Made by a program: the position numbers and the translations under genes. The notes beneath the pieces were generated by a model. The model saw only the letters and a program-made list of their open reading frames with translations, ran no database searches and was not told the DNA's origin. A stretch of 62,925 nucleotides of DNA, the filler included, from Octopus bimaculoides (taxonomy: Eukaryota): assembly GCF_001194135.2 (NCBI RefSeq). It is 8 parts of 8 records of this genome, joined end to end, with 100 filler letters (N's around TTAATTAATTAA, not from the genome) between each part and the next. Parts side by side here need not be neighbours in the genome. Positions count along the whole stretch, not along the records: positions 38,210 to 48,865 come from NC_068981.1; positions 48,966 to 53,455 come from NC_068992.1; positions 53,556 to 58,232 come from NC_068996.1; positions 58,333 to 62,925 come from NC_068983.1; 4 more parts are not named here. The stretch is one strand, 5' to 3'. Positions within the stretch are counted from its first letter, which is position 1, and each line of letters begins with the position of its first letter. This document shows positions 46,097-60,084 of this stretch, in pieces.

Positions 46097-46585
46097 TGTA
46101 TACATGCATGTATGTATGTATGTATGTATGTATGTATGTATGTATGTACTTACACATGCAACCGCACACATATACATACGTTCATACATAGATACATATA
46201 CGTATGTAAAGAGGGAAGTTTTGTCTCATGAAAAGTTTAATAAAAGGTGGGTGAATGTAACAAAGATGTTACGCATGATTGACGGACCCACTTTGAGCAT
46301 GAACCTATAAAACAAAAAGAGAAAGGACGCTTTGCTCTCATGGTTTTTTCCGAAGTTACCGTGGGTTTTTCGTAGGTTTTTCTTTCCACAGATAACCCTA
46401 GTCAGTGTTAGCTTCTCTCCTGCTTTTTGGAATTTCTGTTGTTAAAACGTTACCATGGTATCACTTTATGTACAAGTTGCAAAATGTTTTCGATCCGTAT
46501 TGATCGGTTTTGAAAAGAAAAATTCTACATCGTATTATCTCACTCTGTGTTCGACCCTGTGTGGCTTGATAAAGAAATCTATCTT

Positions 46586-46995
46586 TCACTTGTTTCAATT
46601 ATTCGATTTCAGCCATGCTGGAGCACCGCCATGAAGGGTCTTTCAGTCAAACAAATCCACTCTACGACTTATACTTTTTTTAAGCCGATTTCTTATTCTG
46701 CCAGTCACTTTTGCCGAACTCCTAAATTACGGGGACTTAAACACACCAACACCGGTTGTCAAGCAGTGGTAGGAGACACAGAGAGATAGAGAGGCACGCA
46801 CCCATAGATATATGCACAAACACACACACACACACACACATAGATATACACGACGACCTTCTTTCAGTTTCCGCCTGTCAAATCTACTCACAAAGCTTTG
46901 GTCGGCTCGAGGCTATGGTAGGAGACACTTGACCAAGATGCTGCGCAGTGGTACTGAACCCGGAACCATGAGGGGAAGCAATCTTCTTACCACAC
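46586..46995 (-). mobile_element. SINE family A, diverged
   Basis: All modules; head runs into a gap. Confidence 0.85.
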
Positions 46996-47626
46996 NNNNN
47001 NNNNNNNNNNNNNNNNNNNNNNNNNNNNNNNNNNNNNNNNNNNNNNNNNNNNNNNNNNNNNNNNNNNNNNNNNNNNNNNNNNNNNNNNNNNNNNNNNNNN
47101 NNNNNNNNNNNNNNNNNNNNNNNNNNNNNNNNNNNNNNNNNNNNNNNNNNNNNNNNNNNNNNNNNNNNNNNNNNNNNNNNNNNNNNNNNNNNNNNNNNNN
47201 NNNNNNNNNNNNNNNNNNNNNNNNNNNNNNNNNNNNNNNNNNNNNNNNNNNNNNNNNNNNNNNNNNNNNNNNNNNNNNNNNNNNNNNNNNNNNNNNNNNN
47301 NNNNNNNNNNNNNNNNNNNNNNNNNNNNNNNNNNNNNNNNNNNNNNNNNNNNNNNNNNNNNNNNNNNNNNNNNNNNNNNNNNNNNNNNNNNNNNNNNNNN
47401 NNNNNNNNNNNNNNNNNNNNNNNNNNNNNNNNNNNNNNNNNNNNNNNNNNNNNNNNNNNNNNNNNNNNNNNNNNNNNNNNNNNNNNNNNNNNNNNNNNNN
47501 NNNNNNNNNNNNNNNNNNNNNNNNNNNNNNNNNNNNNNNNNNNNNNNNNNNNNNNNNNNNNNNNNNNNNNNNNNNNNNNNNNNNNNNNNNNNNNNNNNNN
47601 NNNNNNNNNNNNNNNNNNNNNNNNNN

Positions 47627-47664
<38 letters not shown>

Positions 47665-47723
47665 CGTGCGTACACACACACACATATCGATGTATACGTT
47701 TGTATCTTGTTTCCTGTAGACAG

Positions 47724-47774
<51 letters not shown>

Positions 47775-48534
47775 TGTGTGTGCGTGTGTGTATATTTGTA
47801 TGCATGTTAAGGTATATGCATTATATACGGGTCAGAAAGCCTTTCACAAGTAATCGTTTCCGTTCGTTGTCGTATGCTGTTACATCTACGCATTCGTATT
47901 ACGGTTATATATTGATGCCGAAGTCACATTAATTCATTTCGCAAGCTGATTCCTAACCAGCGATCAACAGTTTCAATGTAGACGGATATCATAAATGCTG
48001 GCCTTGACGAGAGAGGCAGCAAGATCGATAATAGTACTCGTGTCAACCAGTGCAAAGTCGTACGTTTACCCCAATTTATCGGAAAATCAGTGGGTGGAAT
48101 TCATTGAAAACTTAATATTCCTCCCTAAACTTTAAATCAAACATACACAAGCACGCACAAATACAAACACACTCATACACACATATATGCACACACAGAG
48201 GGACCCACGTGTGAACAGACGTGCACATGCACAGTTACACACACACACACACGCACATGCACCCGCATACACAGACGCGCCCACACACACAAGCTGACAT
48301 AAGCACACATTCACACGCATATCTCTATCTAAAAAGAAGTATACGTACCCGTATATTATGTTCCCATTATTACTGCTTTATATTCGACGTAATTTTAACA
48401 GTAATTTTATAGAAGTTTCACGTGCTTCTTGGGACACACATGCAAGATATGAAAATCGTGTGTATGTGCATGTGTGTACGTGTGTATATATGCATAAAAA
48501 CATTTATATATATTTATGTATATGTATTATATTT

Positions 48535-48865
48535 GTGGCTGTGTGGTAAGAAACGTGCTTCCCAACCTCATGGTTCTAGGTTCAGTCCCACAGCAAGTCG
48601 AGCCGACCAAAGACTTGTTAGTGGGTTTGGTAGATGGAAACTGAAAGAAGCCCGTCGTATGTGTTTGTGTGTCTGTGTTTGTCCCCCCACCATCGCTTTA
48701 CAACCGATATTGGTGTGTTTACGTCCCGTAATTTAGCGGTTCGGCAAAAGAGACATATAGAATAAGTACGAAGCTTACAAAGAATAGGTCTTGGGGTCGA
48801 TTTTTTCGACGAAAGTCGGTGCTCCAGCATGGCTGCAGTCAAATGGCTGAAACAAGTACAAGAAC
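48535..48865 (+). mobile_element. SINE family A with internal deletion
   Basis: Lacks most of the ccttgggcaag...tagcctc segment. Confidence 0.88.
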
Positions 48866-48971
48866 NNNNNNNNNNNNNNNNNNNNNNNNNNNNNNNNNNN
48901 NNNNNNNNNTTAATTAATTAANNNNNNNNNNNNNNNNNNNNNNNNNNNNNNNNNNNNNNNNNNNNGAGATA

Positions 48972-49806
48972 TGAAGTGCATTCCAGAAGTTTCAATTTTT
49001 TTTAGAAGAGGTCTTCTAGTTTATTGTAATTTTAGAAAATCATTACATGACATATAATATGCTGACCTGCCAACTTTTGCTATTGAAGGAAACGCCTGTA
49101 AAAATACTTTGAATACACCCTACTAAACACTTCTCAAAAGTAACTGTCGGGATAATTGGAAGCTTGTTGTGCAATAAAGTTTTATGATAAATTGTACAAA
49201 AACGTTATAGAAACGTATGAGGTACTCCCTACTGCTTATGAATCTAAGAGATTAAAAAAGGAGGTGAGAAACAACGAGAAGTGTGGAAGTAAGAGGGACG
49301 CCAAGCCATCAGAGCGGTTTTTAAAAAATCACAATTTCCTGAATGAAGACCGTCGTGTGTCTATAAAGAAAATAAGCATATAGTTTGGAGTTGGTGAGGC
49401 AACTGTACACGGAATCATTCATGAAGATCTGGACATACCGCATGCGCAAAATCTGGGTAAAGTTTGTTTCCAAGGTGTTTAGGGACGATAAACCTGGTAA
49501 CCAACTACTTGATAAAGAAGGACATCAAAACTGAACTTCACTTTCCCTACAATTCAGATCTTGTCCCCCAACCTGAATGAGAGCCTCTGAGGCGGTCAAT
49601 TTGAAGATGGAAGAGACTCTTAAGAGAGCCCTTGATATATCTTCATTTTGAAAGACTTCTATGGAGGCTTTACAAAGTGGCTGGAGCGCCACAAGTGCAA
49701 CGAAGTCAGAGGATCCTACTGTGAAGGAAATTAGAGTTTTGTACTTCTTTGCAATTAATGAATGTCTCCTCTGAAAAAAGGCTGAAAATTTCTGGAAAGT
49801 ATCTTG
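48972..49806 (+). mobile_element. Internally deleted mariner (DD34D) element with both TIRs and TA flanks
   Basis: CAIKFYDKLYKNVIETY, LNEDRRVSI...MRKIWVKFVSK, PYNSDLVP; TIRs tgaagtgcattccagaag and tttctggaaagtatcttg. Confidence 0.8.
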
Positions 49807-49829
49807 TAGATAGATACATACGTATATAA

Positions 49830-49877
<48 letters not shown>

Positions 49878-50652
49878 CCAAATTTTGTGCTTGAACCGAA
49901 TCAATAATGTAAACTATCAATATCACACTTAATTTGTGTGTTCTTAAACGCTACAAAGCTGCGTATTGCGTTTAATGGGGATCCCTTTAAGACGTATAGG
50001 TTAAAAAAATTCAGCATACCTACTCCATCTCTGAAACGACTCACTATAGCCAGCCAGAAGTATGTATACAAGTAACGTAAAATCTATGTGCAAAAGTATC
50101 GAATAAGTATGACAAAAGTCAAATTATCGCTATATATATGAACTGCTTCATAATATGGAGTGACAGACCTTGAGTTCAATCATGATGTAGATTTTAAAGA
50201 ATTCTGCTTGTGGTATCCTGAAGTGATATACCATTAACATAAAAAAGATGATATTGCAGCGTGTCATAGGATTTTCGTGTCTTTTCAGGAGAAAATGATG
50301 TCTCATTTGCCATCTGGCAGCAATCTCGTCAAGTAGTGCATTAAGGCGGTGGACCCACCGAAAAGGCTTTCATTTTAAAGTTGAGAACGTCATGTAGGAC
50401 ATTTTTGCCATGGAAAATCATACATAAAAGGTAAGACTGGAATTTGAACACGGGCCCACAAAAGTTGTATTACTGCTTCCATTAATTAAAACCAAGAAAT
50501 ATGTAATGTTTAGTTGCGGAAAGGTTTCTACTATCACAATCAGCAGCAGTTCTACGTTAATCAAGTCTCTCACTAAAACTCTTGTCAGGCTGGTTTATTT
50601 CTATGCTTTTATATTACTTAAAAATCAATTTAAAAAGTGTGGGGAGAAAGAG

Positions 50653-50706
<54 letters not shown>

Positions 50707-51541
50707 ATTAACAAAGTTTTCAAAGGGAAGCAGTATAGAAGGAAATACTAAAATATAAGCATTCTGCAGTGTAGTAGCAGCGGTGAAGTGACTATATAAG
50801 CAATAAATATGAATATATAGAGATTGATTGTTTGGGATTATTTTGCTAAGTGACTAAAAAGAAGCCTTGATGTTGACTTTTACTGTTTAGTTGGGGAACA
50901 AACAAAATTACAAACTGAATGCTCAGGTTAGATATTATACTGAAAATAAAAATAAGAATAAAACGTTCTTGAAACAAATCTGTAATAAATGTCAGTATGA
51001 GTTTATGCACGCATTTATGATTGTTTTTGCTTTTTGATTTTTGTGTGAGGGTGGTTGATTGGTTTGATAGCCTAATTAGATTCACACCCTACCGTTCTTT
51101 CATAAAGCCTTTTATACTGGTCAGTATTACATTACTAATAGCAGCATACATTTCTCTGCTATTGAAATGCTACAATGTACCAGCCTGTAACCACAATATT
51201 GATCCAGCCCATCGCATTCCTTTGAAACATTTTGTCTCATAAAACTTTCGATCATGCCTTTGATCCATTGATTACTGGAATGAAATACCGCGAAAAACCT
51301 GAATATTCCGAGCATAGGAATCTTCAAATTGAAATGACATTTATTGTGCCACATAATCTGCTCATTCTAGTGGCGAAAACGTTGCAAGTTTTCAGTGAGG
51401 AAACTGTTTCCTTTGTCTTTTTTAAAATTTTACTAGAGGAAATGTTTACATTTTTATGATATTGAATTCTCGTAAATTGAGTTGTAAATTTCCTTTTATT
51501 TATTTAAATTTGCTTTTTACTACGTATTTATTTTATGTGGA

Positions 51542-51599
51542 CTGGAACCCTCGTCGTCGTAAGCGACGGAGTGCCAACAACAACAACAACAACAGCAAC
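51542..51599 (+). mobile_element. 58-bp retroposed tail of the family C/H SINEs with 12-bp TSD attttatgtgga (51530-51541 / 51600-51611)
   Basis: Seen directly. Confidence 0.9.
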
Positions 51600-52472
51600 A
51601 TTTTATGTGGAGAATGGAAACTTGAGTGACGCAAGACAGACCAGTGTCCCAATCTATCAACTACAGAGGAATGAAGTTCAAACTACAACCACGACAAAAT
51701 AGGAATTTGAGACATTGAGTTACCACTTGTGTGTTACTGGAAAACATCGTATTCTTTTACTTTGCTTATGTTGGCCATTTATGCACGTGTACATTGTTGA
51801 TATTTTAAAAATTTAGATTCTGGTTGTTTCATTTGATTTCACAAAATACATTTTACTGGTGTACATAAGCAGTTTTTTGGCAGAGCAGAGTATAGAGCAG
51901 GCTTGGATGCATGGATAAGAAGTTCACTTCACTCAGACGTAGAAGAATGTTTTTTGGAAAAATCACTAGATCTAATAACAACAGCAAGAAATTTGTCAAC
52001 TTTTACTAATTTCTCATCTTTTAGTGATATTATTGTAACTTTAACTTATCGCATTAGTGTCTAGTCATCATCTTTGCAAGCTTTCTATACGTTCCGCACA
52101 TTGAATTTCTAGTAAACTGATAGTTTTGTAATTTTGAGTAGTACTCTGCCCACTATTCCGTTACTTCCTATTCTTTCGCAAGCTATTTCCATGTCTTTTT
52201 TCTTTCTTTTGCTTTTGATATTTACTGTCCGTTTATTTTCTTTGGTGGTCATTTACAAGTTGGAATGATTTTGTTGCGTTGGTACTGGAAAATTGCGTGC
52301 GTTATCTTTACATTCTTCAGCGAATTATTGCCCCACAGTAATACTGAAAGGCTTTACCTGCAGGAAGATGTTCATAAGCCTACATGAAACAGGTGGACGT
52401 CCTAGTATAGTTTCTTGATAGATCAGGAATCCATTTGCATTGCTGTTCTTTCTATTGAAGTAAAGTACACAT

Positions 52473-52899
52473 CGTAGGAGTGGCTGTGTGGTAAGTAGCT
52501 TGTTTACGAACCACATGGTTCCGGATTCAGTCCCACTGCGTGACATCTTGGGCAAGTGTCATCTACTATAACCTCGGGCCGACCAAAGCCTTGTGAGTGG
52601 ATTTGGTTGACGGAAACTGAAAGAAGCCCATCATATATATGTATATATATATATATGTATATATATGTGTGTGTGTGTATATGTTTGTGTGTCTGTGTTT
52701 GTCCCCCTAACATCGCTTGACTGCCGATGCTGGTGTGTTTACGTCCCCCGTAACTTAGCGGTTGGGCAAAAAGAGACCGATAGAATAAGTACTAGGCTTA
52801 CAAAAAATAAGTCCTGGGATCGATTTGCTCGACTAAAGGCGGTGCTCCAGCATGGCCGCAATCAAATGACTGAAACAAGTAAAAGAGTAAAAAGTAAAG
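52473..52899 (+). mobile_element. SINE family A, full length
   Basis: All modules. Confidence 0.92.
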
Positions 52900-53180
52900 G
52901 TCGTTACTCTCCATCTCATATATGATTACTTTAGTTTTTCTTTTTCATTCAGTGTTCCTATATTCATGTAACAACCGTGATGTTATCTCAGCCACAAATC
53001 GTTTCTGTTTATTTACCAGTGGTACATTTACTGCAACCGTCCAGGTGAGAGGCAATTAGTGCAGTCATTGTTAACCTATACTGTCAACGGTCCGATATAG
53101 AGTTCATCATTTTACAACACGCATTGGATAAGAAACATTGGTAAAGCCTACGTCTCACTAAATTTGACTTGGCAGCTTAC

Positions 53181-53204
53181 TTCCAACTCGGTAGCTCATC
53201 TTGA
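53181..53204 (-). other. Candidate 24-nt microexon on the minus strand
   Basis: Acceptor cgttctcttctttacag and donor GTAAGC; two frames are open (KMSYRVG or QDELPSW). Confidence 0.3.
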
Positions 53205-53769
53205 CTGTAAAGAAGAGAACGTAACAGTTCAGTCGAGAACTTGTTTCGTTCTAGTCAGTGATTTCATCCAGAAAGTCATTCGGCTATGGTATCATGTTAA
53301 AACCTCTCATGAGATATGTGTCTAAGTATATATGATTGTAAATCACTCACTATTTGTCTCCCCTTCACTTTGTATATTTTGTAAATACATACATACATAC
53401 ATACATACATACACACATACATACATACACACATACATACATTTTATATATATATNNNNNNNNNNNNNNNNNNNNNNNNNNNNNNNNNNNNNNNNNNNNT
53501 TAATTAATTAANNNNNNNNNNNNNNNNNNNNNNNNNNNNNNNNNNNNNNNNNNNNACACACATATACATACATATATGCGCATATACACATACATGCACA
53601 TGTGCACCCGTATATACATATGTATACATATATATATACACATATATACACACACACACATATATACATATACATACACACCTATATATATATATACGCA
53701 CACTCATACGTCCACATTTATACATATGCACATACATACCCACGCATATACAAATATACACATGTATAA

Positions 53770-53889
53770 TTAAGGGTACACGTGTCTGTGGAGTGCTCAG
53801 CCACTTGCACGTTAATTTCACGAGCAGGGTGTTCCGCTGATCGGATCAACTGGAACCCTCGTCGTCGTAACCGACGGAGTGCCAACCAA
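53770..53889 (+). mobile_element. 5'-truncated family C/H SINE tail
   Basis: ttaagggtacacgtgtctgtggagtgctcagcc...gacggagtgccaac. Confidence 0.85.
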
Positions 53890-54381
53890 CGTATGTATGT
53901 ATATGTATGTGTGTGTCTGTGTGTAAGTGTTTCTTTGCAATGGGCAGCAGAAAAGCAAGCTGTCTCCTCTCTCCTTTAAGGTACGTATTCCTCACACTCA
54001 CCTTTCTGTGTGTGTGTGTGTGCGTGTGTGTATCTGTTTATGTGTGTGTGTGTGTGTATGTTTATGTGTGTGTGCGTTGTATCTATGTATTTACGAAGGT
54101 ATGTATACAGCGTCGTGTGCATTAACGTTAACATTCCATTACCACCGCTGTTCTCGCCCTCACTGAAATAAACCACACCCTCTTTGGTACTACTCGTCCC
54201 TCAGCCTAATATATCTTGCAGCTTCCTCGTTTCATCATATAATTAGCCCAACACCCTCTTCTTGAACTGGATTTTATTGTAACATGTATGCAAAGTTTCG
54301 TGAATATTAGTTCGCCGGGTTAGGCATTAACATGGTAACTGATAGGCAGACAGACAGATTGCCAATTGCATCATATTATAT

Positions 54382-54427
<46 letters not shown>

Positions 54428-54779
54428 GCATACACGAACACACATACATATATAAATACGCACACACTCATATATATATATATATAGATGTACACACATT
54501 GAAACGTGTAAATATATACTTATATCCAAATATACACCCGTACAGCTCGCTCTCTGTCTCTCTCTCTCTCTCTCTCTTTATCTATCTATCTACCTATGCA
54601 ATGTACTGTTCCGTATGGTATGATTGTATGATGGTATGATGGTATGATGGGTGTATCCATACGCATACAACCGGACACAGAAAGAAAGATGTAAATGCAT
54701 TTGATTACTGGTTTGTGCAGATGCGCTTCACAACCATATGGCATGAATTATAAAACCTTCTACACACTATATTTTATAC

Positions 54780-54827
<48 letters not shown>

Positions 54828-55649
54828 TGTGTGTGTGTATGTGCGCGTGTGTGCGTGTATGTGCAGGCGTGTGTATGCACGCATATGAATGTGTGTATAC
54901 ACACACTCACATACAATCACACATACAAGCAAACACGCCTATATATGAGCTAAAGAAAACAGTCAAGTGTTAAGTGGTCGAGATATCAAGATTAAGACAA
55001 ATCAAGATACATGACATACAATTAACGTGTGTCGTAATTTACTGAATTATCTACCCTTCCTGAGAAGTATATACAAAGCATTGCATGAATGGAGAACAAA
55101 TTCAAACGAGAAACTAAAATAGTCTCCAAAATGCAATATTTCTCCAAAATTGAAATGCCGTTAAAGAAATGATGATTTTACTTCCGGGACAACTCTAGAC
55201 ATTTATTTCAGCTTCAATGGATATCATCAGCACATAAATTAACCTACTTTGAATGAAGCTGAAGAGACTAGAAAACATGTATGGCTTGCAATAATTTGCA
55301 ACATTGCTGCTATATCGATTATTTCTTTAAAAAGCAAATCGCAAATTTATCGTAGCTTTGATCAGTTATTGTAGCACATTTTTATGCGTGTTGGCTGTTG
55401 GATTGTAGATGTATGTTTCTTCCTTAAGTCCTTTTCTTTTTCGTTCTATACAAATCATAGAAACAAATGTGAAAAAAAATCCTGCTCAACCCCAATCGCT
55501 AAACATTTCTCAAAGGACCATGATTATACAAGTTATACAATAGGAATAAAACAAAAATTAGTGGAAGTCATAGTTACTTTGAAATAGAGATAATTATTAA
55601 TACAAATATTACCCCAAACCAGGTATATTTTATCTTTTATCTATTACAG

Positions 55650-55830
55650 GTTTCAGTCATTGGGTAGCGGCCATGCTAAGGTATTGAAGGCTTTACTCGA
55701 ACAAATCACTCCCACTTTTATTCTTAGACTTTGTGCCTGTCCTACCCTTCTGTTTCGCTATGTTATGGGAAGATAAGCGAACGAACACAGGTTGACAAGA
55801 GATTGGGGTTCAAACGCAAATCTCACGCAT
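55650..55830 (-). mobile_element. SINE family A, 3' fragment, diverged
   Basis: gtttcagtcattgggtagcggccatgct. Confidence 0.5.
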
Positions 55831-56273
55831 AAAGATATACATGCATATACACACACATATATGTGTTTATGTATATATATATATATATNNNNNNNNNNNN
55901 NNNNNNNNNNNNNNNNNNNNNNNNNNNNNNNNNNNNNNNNNNNNNNNNNNNNNNNNNNNNNNNNNNNNNNNNNNNNNNNNNNNNNNNNNNNNNNNNNNNN
56001 NNNNNNNNNNNNNNNNNNNNNNNNNNNNNNNNNNNNNNNNNNNNNNNNNNNNNNNNNNNNNNNNNNNNNNNNNNNNNNNNNNNNNNNNNNNNNNNNNNNN
56101 NNNNNNNNNNNNNNNNNNNNNNNNNNNNNNNNNNNNNNNNNNNNNNNNNNNNNNNNNNNNNNNNNNNNNNNNNNNNNNNNNNNNNNNNNNNNNNNNNNNN
56201 NNNNNNNNNNNNNNNNNNNNNNNNNNNNNNNNNNNNNNNNNNNNNNNNNNNNNNNNNNNNNNNNNNNNNNNNN

Positions 56274-56307
<34 letters not shown>

Positions 56308-57989
56308 CAGTATTGAAAAGATAACTTGAATCTATTTTCTAACGGAAAATATTCATTTCTGTTATAGCCATACTTCCACATTAATTCAGACGAATAGTTT
56401 TTCGTAAAACAGTACCCTATGTCGGACAGCAAAATTCAATATGAAAGAGTTTAAAGGCCATAAGAATAAATCTAAAAAGGCCTAGAGGTAGCCTTTAACT
56501 TAATCCGACAGAAAATTATCTTTAAAGACTCAAGAGACTGCAGTCTGCTTCCCAAACGAGCAAAGAAATTTAATTAAGTGTAGAAATCACAAATTCTTGA
56601 TTTAGAATCATGACAATTGAGAATTTAAAGATGAGGAATCTTATTTCTTCTATGCCAAAAATATCTTCTATCATATTAGTAAATACTAATATAAACTGTC
56701 ATGATGTAACCTAAATAAAATGATTTTGCATTATATAGTGATTCAGATATCTCTGACTTGTTTGTTATGCGAACGTTTAAATGTATTTAAATATTAAAGT
56801 TACCTCATTCGAATGAAGAATATTAATTTTAAAGCAACGGCAGTTCTCTAGAGAATAATGAAATATTCTTTGGAGTTTACTGCCGGAATAATTTGTATCG
56901 GTAGAAGTAATGTGTTTGCAGGTTTATTCTCATCGCGTGGCACTTTGGATCGCTGTCTTCTCTACTGTACAAATCTTCCAGGTTGAGAGTAGCTATACAT
57001 ATATAGTTGTAAAATCTCAAAAAGACAACAGAGTAGTAGCTGTACTAAAAAGTAAGGCCAGTCGCTACATCAAAGTGGTTGTTCTATGTTACTACTAGTT
57101 TAACCCCAGGATGACTCTCCACTAGCTGGTTGTCGGTGCGACTCTGCACCCTGTATATACAACACATACTGTTAGCAGGGGGAGCGAACTCCTACCACTC
57201 TCTAACAGGTAACAGGATTGCGAGAATTTACAACTAGATATCTTGCTTGTTGCAAATCAGTGACCGATGGTCATTTTGTAATATACTGTTGGCAGAAGTG
57301 GACTCTGGCTATCGCTCTGACTTGCAGTTGCTCGCGGCTGAGGATTGGCTAAAAAGCTCGAAACTGAATCAGTCTCGCGCAACCTTTTTTTACCCTTGCG
57401 TAACCTTTAAAATATATTAGATGTCTCAAGGAACCCCTGCACAAAAAAAAATTTAAAAAATTATATAACATATCTTTCTCGTATTTTTTCATCGTGGTTC
57501 AAGTGGTAAATATCAAATATGTATATATATATATTATTATTTTTATTATTATATGATTGAACAACATGGATCCTCTTCCAACTAAGTTTTATCTTAATAA
57601 TCCTGATGCGCACTCTACTATCATTTTGCTCTACTCTCTTATTCTTCTACCCCACCTTCTTCCCCTCCTGTTTTTTCTCACTTATCCTATCGCCAATTTT
57701 TTCCCTCTCCTCTTCACAGTTCTCTGTCTGTCACTCTCTCTTCCTCACTCTTCCTCCGTTTCCCACGTGGCTCCCACGTGACCATCGGCCATCTTTCTTC
57801 TCCTAACTTATGTTTATTTCTTTCTCTACATTGTAGCTGAATCAAGGAAGAAGTCTTCTTGCCTGTCTCCTGTCCAAGCTTGATTTACGCATTCACCACC
57901 ATGACCTCGTTCAGGCTTAGCAGCTCTTCCCGTTTGTTTTCGCTGACCTGTTTGTGTTACCAATTTTGACCCTCCGCAAAATCCCAAAT

Positions 57990-58232
57990 TATATTTAATT
58001 TGCTTTGCAAGAGCAACTGTTTTATCGAAAGCGTATATCGTTGTTAAATGCTCGAAATACGAGAATATAAAAACAGTCAACAACTGATGAAGGGTCGTTC
58101 TTTGTGTTGTTTGTCTTGTTCTCCATTTGTGTCTTTCGTTATTCGAAAGAATAGTTCATATTCAATGTACTCGTTCTTCGTACTTTTTTGTACACATTTT
58201 GTGACGTCCTGTGACCACATGGGCATATATAC
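57990..58232 (+). mobile_element. Penelope-like element terminal region (putative)
   Basis: gctcgaaatacg...aacagtcaacaactgatgaaggg...tttgtgacgtcctg resembles a recalled octopus pseudo-LTR. Confidence 0.4.
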
Positions 58233-58475
58233 NNNNNNNNNNNNNNNNNNNNNNNNNNNNNNNNNNNNNNNNNNNNTTAATTAATTAANNNNNNNNNNNN
58301 NNNNNNNNNNNNNNNNNNNNNNNNNNNNNNNNATACTTTATTAAAAAGTAGCAAAACTATCACAAAAACTGTTTTTGTGATATTTTTGCTGCTTTTTAAT
58401 AAAGTATATTACTCTACCTCTGGTATTCGAGTACTATTTTTTCCACTTTGTTTCACATTTATGTGCTTACTCTGG

Positions 58476-58534
<59 letters not shown>

Positions 58535-58799
58535 TTATATATGTATATACATTATATATACATATACATACATACATACATCTGAGTATATATTTTTTGT
58601 GTACGAAGAACAACTTGAATATCGGATAAGTGTCTAAACGTATGTGCTCTAGTTCCTTATGTTCTGAGTTCGAATTCCGTTGATTTCATCCCCACTCCCT
58701 GGAGTAGATAAAGAAATGTGTCAGCGAAATATCGTTGTCGATTTTATGGATTACCACTGTCCACAAAATTTCCGTTCCTGATCCGATGTTGCGGAATTC

Positions 58800-58960
58800 C
58801 TTCATCTTTACGTTCCGAAATGCACCGCCGAAGAGTTCGAATTCGTCTTTCATTTTTTCGGGGTCGATAAAAGAAGTAGCAGCAGAGCACTGGGGCCGAT
58901 GTAATCGACAGACTCAAACCTCACAAATTACTGGTATTGTGGCAAAATTTGATGCTATTA
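58800..58960 (+). mobile_element. SINE family B, diverged
   Basis: cttttcattttttcggggtcgataaa...ctggggccgatgtaatcgac. Confidence 0.65.
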
Positions 58961-59009
58961 TTATATCTATCTTTCATATACCAGGGATTTCATTATATAG
59001 TATGCGTTT

Positions 59010-59157
59010 CAATTTCAAATTCCGCCGAGGTCAACTTTGCCTTTCATCATTTCGGGGTCGATTAATCAAGTACCAGTTACGTACTGGGGTCGATGTAATC
59101 GACTAGTCCCCTTCCGCCAAGTTTCAGGCCTTGTGTCTAAAGTAGAAAGGATTATTT
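59010..59157 (+). mobile_element. SINE family B, 5'-truncated
   Basis: ttcaaattccgccgaggtcaactttgcctttcatc core. Confidence 0.85.
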
Positions 59158-59404
59158 CGTATGCAATTGTATATTTTGGGCAGTAGGATGTAAGTTGAAG
59201 GAAATTTGATCCACATTATAGACCCTCAATCTTCGGCTTTGCTGGAATTAATATAATAAATATCCTGGATTAAATGTTGGATTTAGTATCTATTCCCATA
59301 GTTCTATTAAGCGTGGAATCCTTGGGACTTGGTGGGATAATCCAAGATCCCTGTAAATTTTCCAAAATTTCTTCATCATTCGTCTAAAAATAAATTTAAA
59401 ATTT

Positions 59405-59577
59405 TCTTCTTTTACTCGTTTCAATCATTGGACAGCGGCCATGCTGGGGCACTGCTTTGAAGGGTTTTAGTGACACAAATCGATCCCTGTATATTTTTTA
59501 AAAGTCTTTTATTTATTCCATCGTCTATTTTTGCCATTGCACACATATGTGTGTGTTTAAAAATATATACATATATA

Positions 59578-59640
<63 letters not shown>

Positions 59641-59817
59641 GTGTGTATGCGCGACGAGCTTGTTTCAGTTTCCGTCTACCACTTCCATCCAGAAAGACTT
59701 GTTCGGGTTGAGGCTATAAATAGAAAACACTTGCTCAAAATACCATGCAGTGGGATTGAACCCCGAACCTTGAGACTAGGAAGCAAATATCTTACCACAC
59801 AGCCATGCTTACGCCTA
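59405..59817 (-). mobile_element. SINE family A, diverged
   Basis: Head, domain and tail recognisable. Confidence 0.75.
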
Positions 59818-60084
59818 AACCCATTCCTATCTCTACCTCTAATGCTGAAGTTTAACATTATTAGTGTCTTCAATTTCATCATTTAATTAAATAAAACTAA
59901 TGAGAACAACGCAAATAATAATGATTTTTTTGTTAATTTAAAAACATTTCTCCACCGGAATTCTCAAATCAATTAACGTAAAGAGATCAATGTTATAATT
60001 AATTACTATAAGGTTGTTAATTTCATAATAAGGGAATGTTCTATATACGACAAATTTAGTTTTGACCAATAGGATGTACGTTTA

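Noticed and set aside
56890-57360. GC-richer unique block with several splice-like sites
   Set aside because: No consistent open exon chain on either strand.
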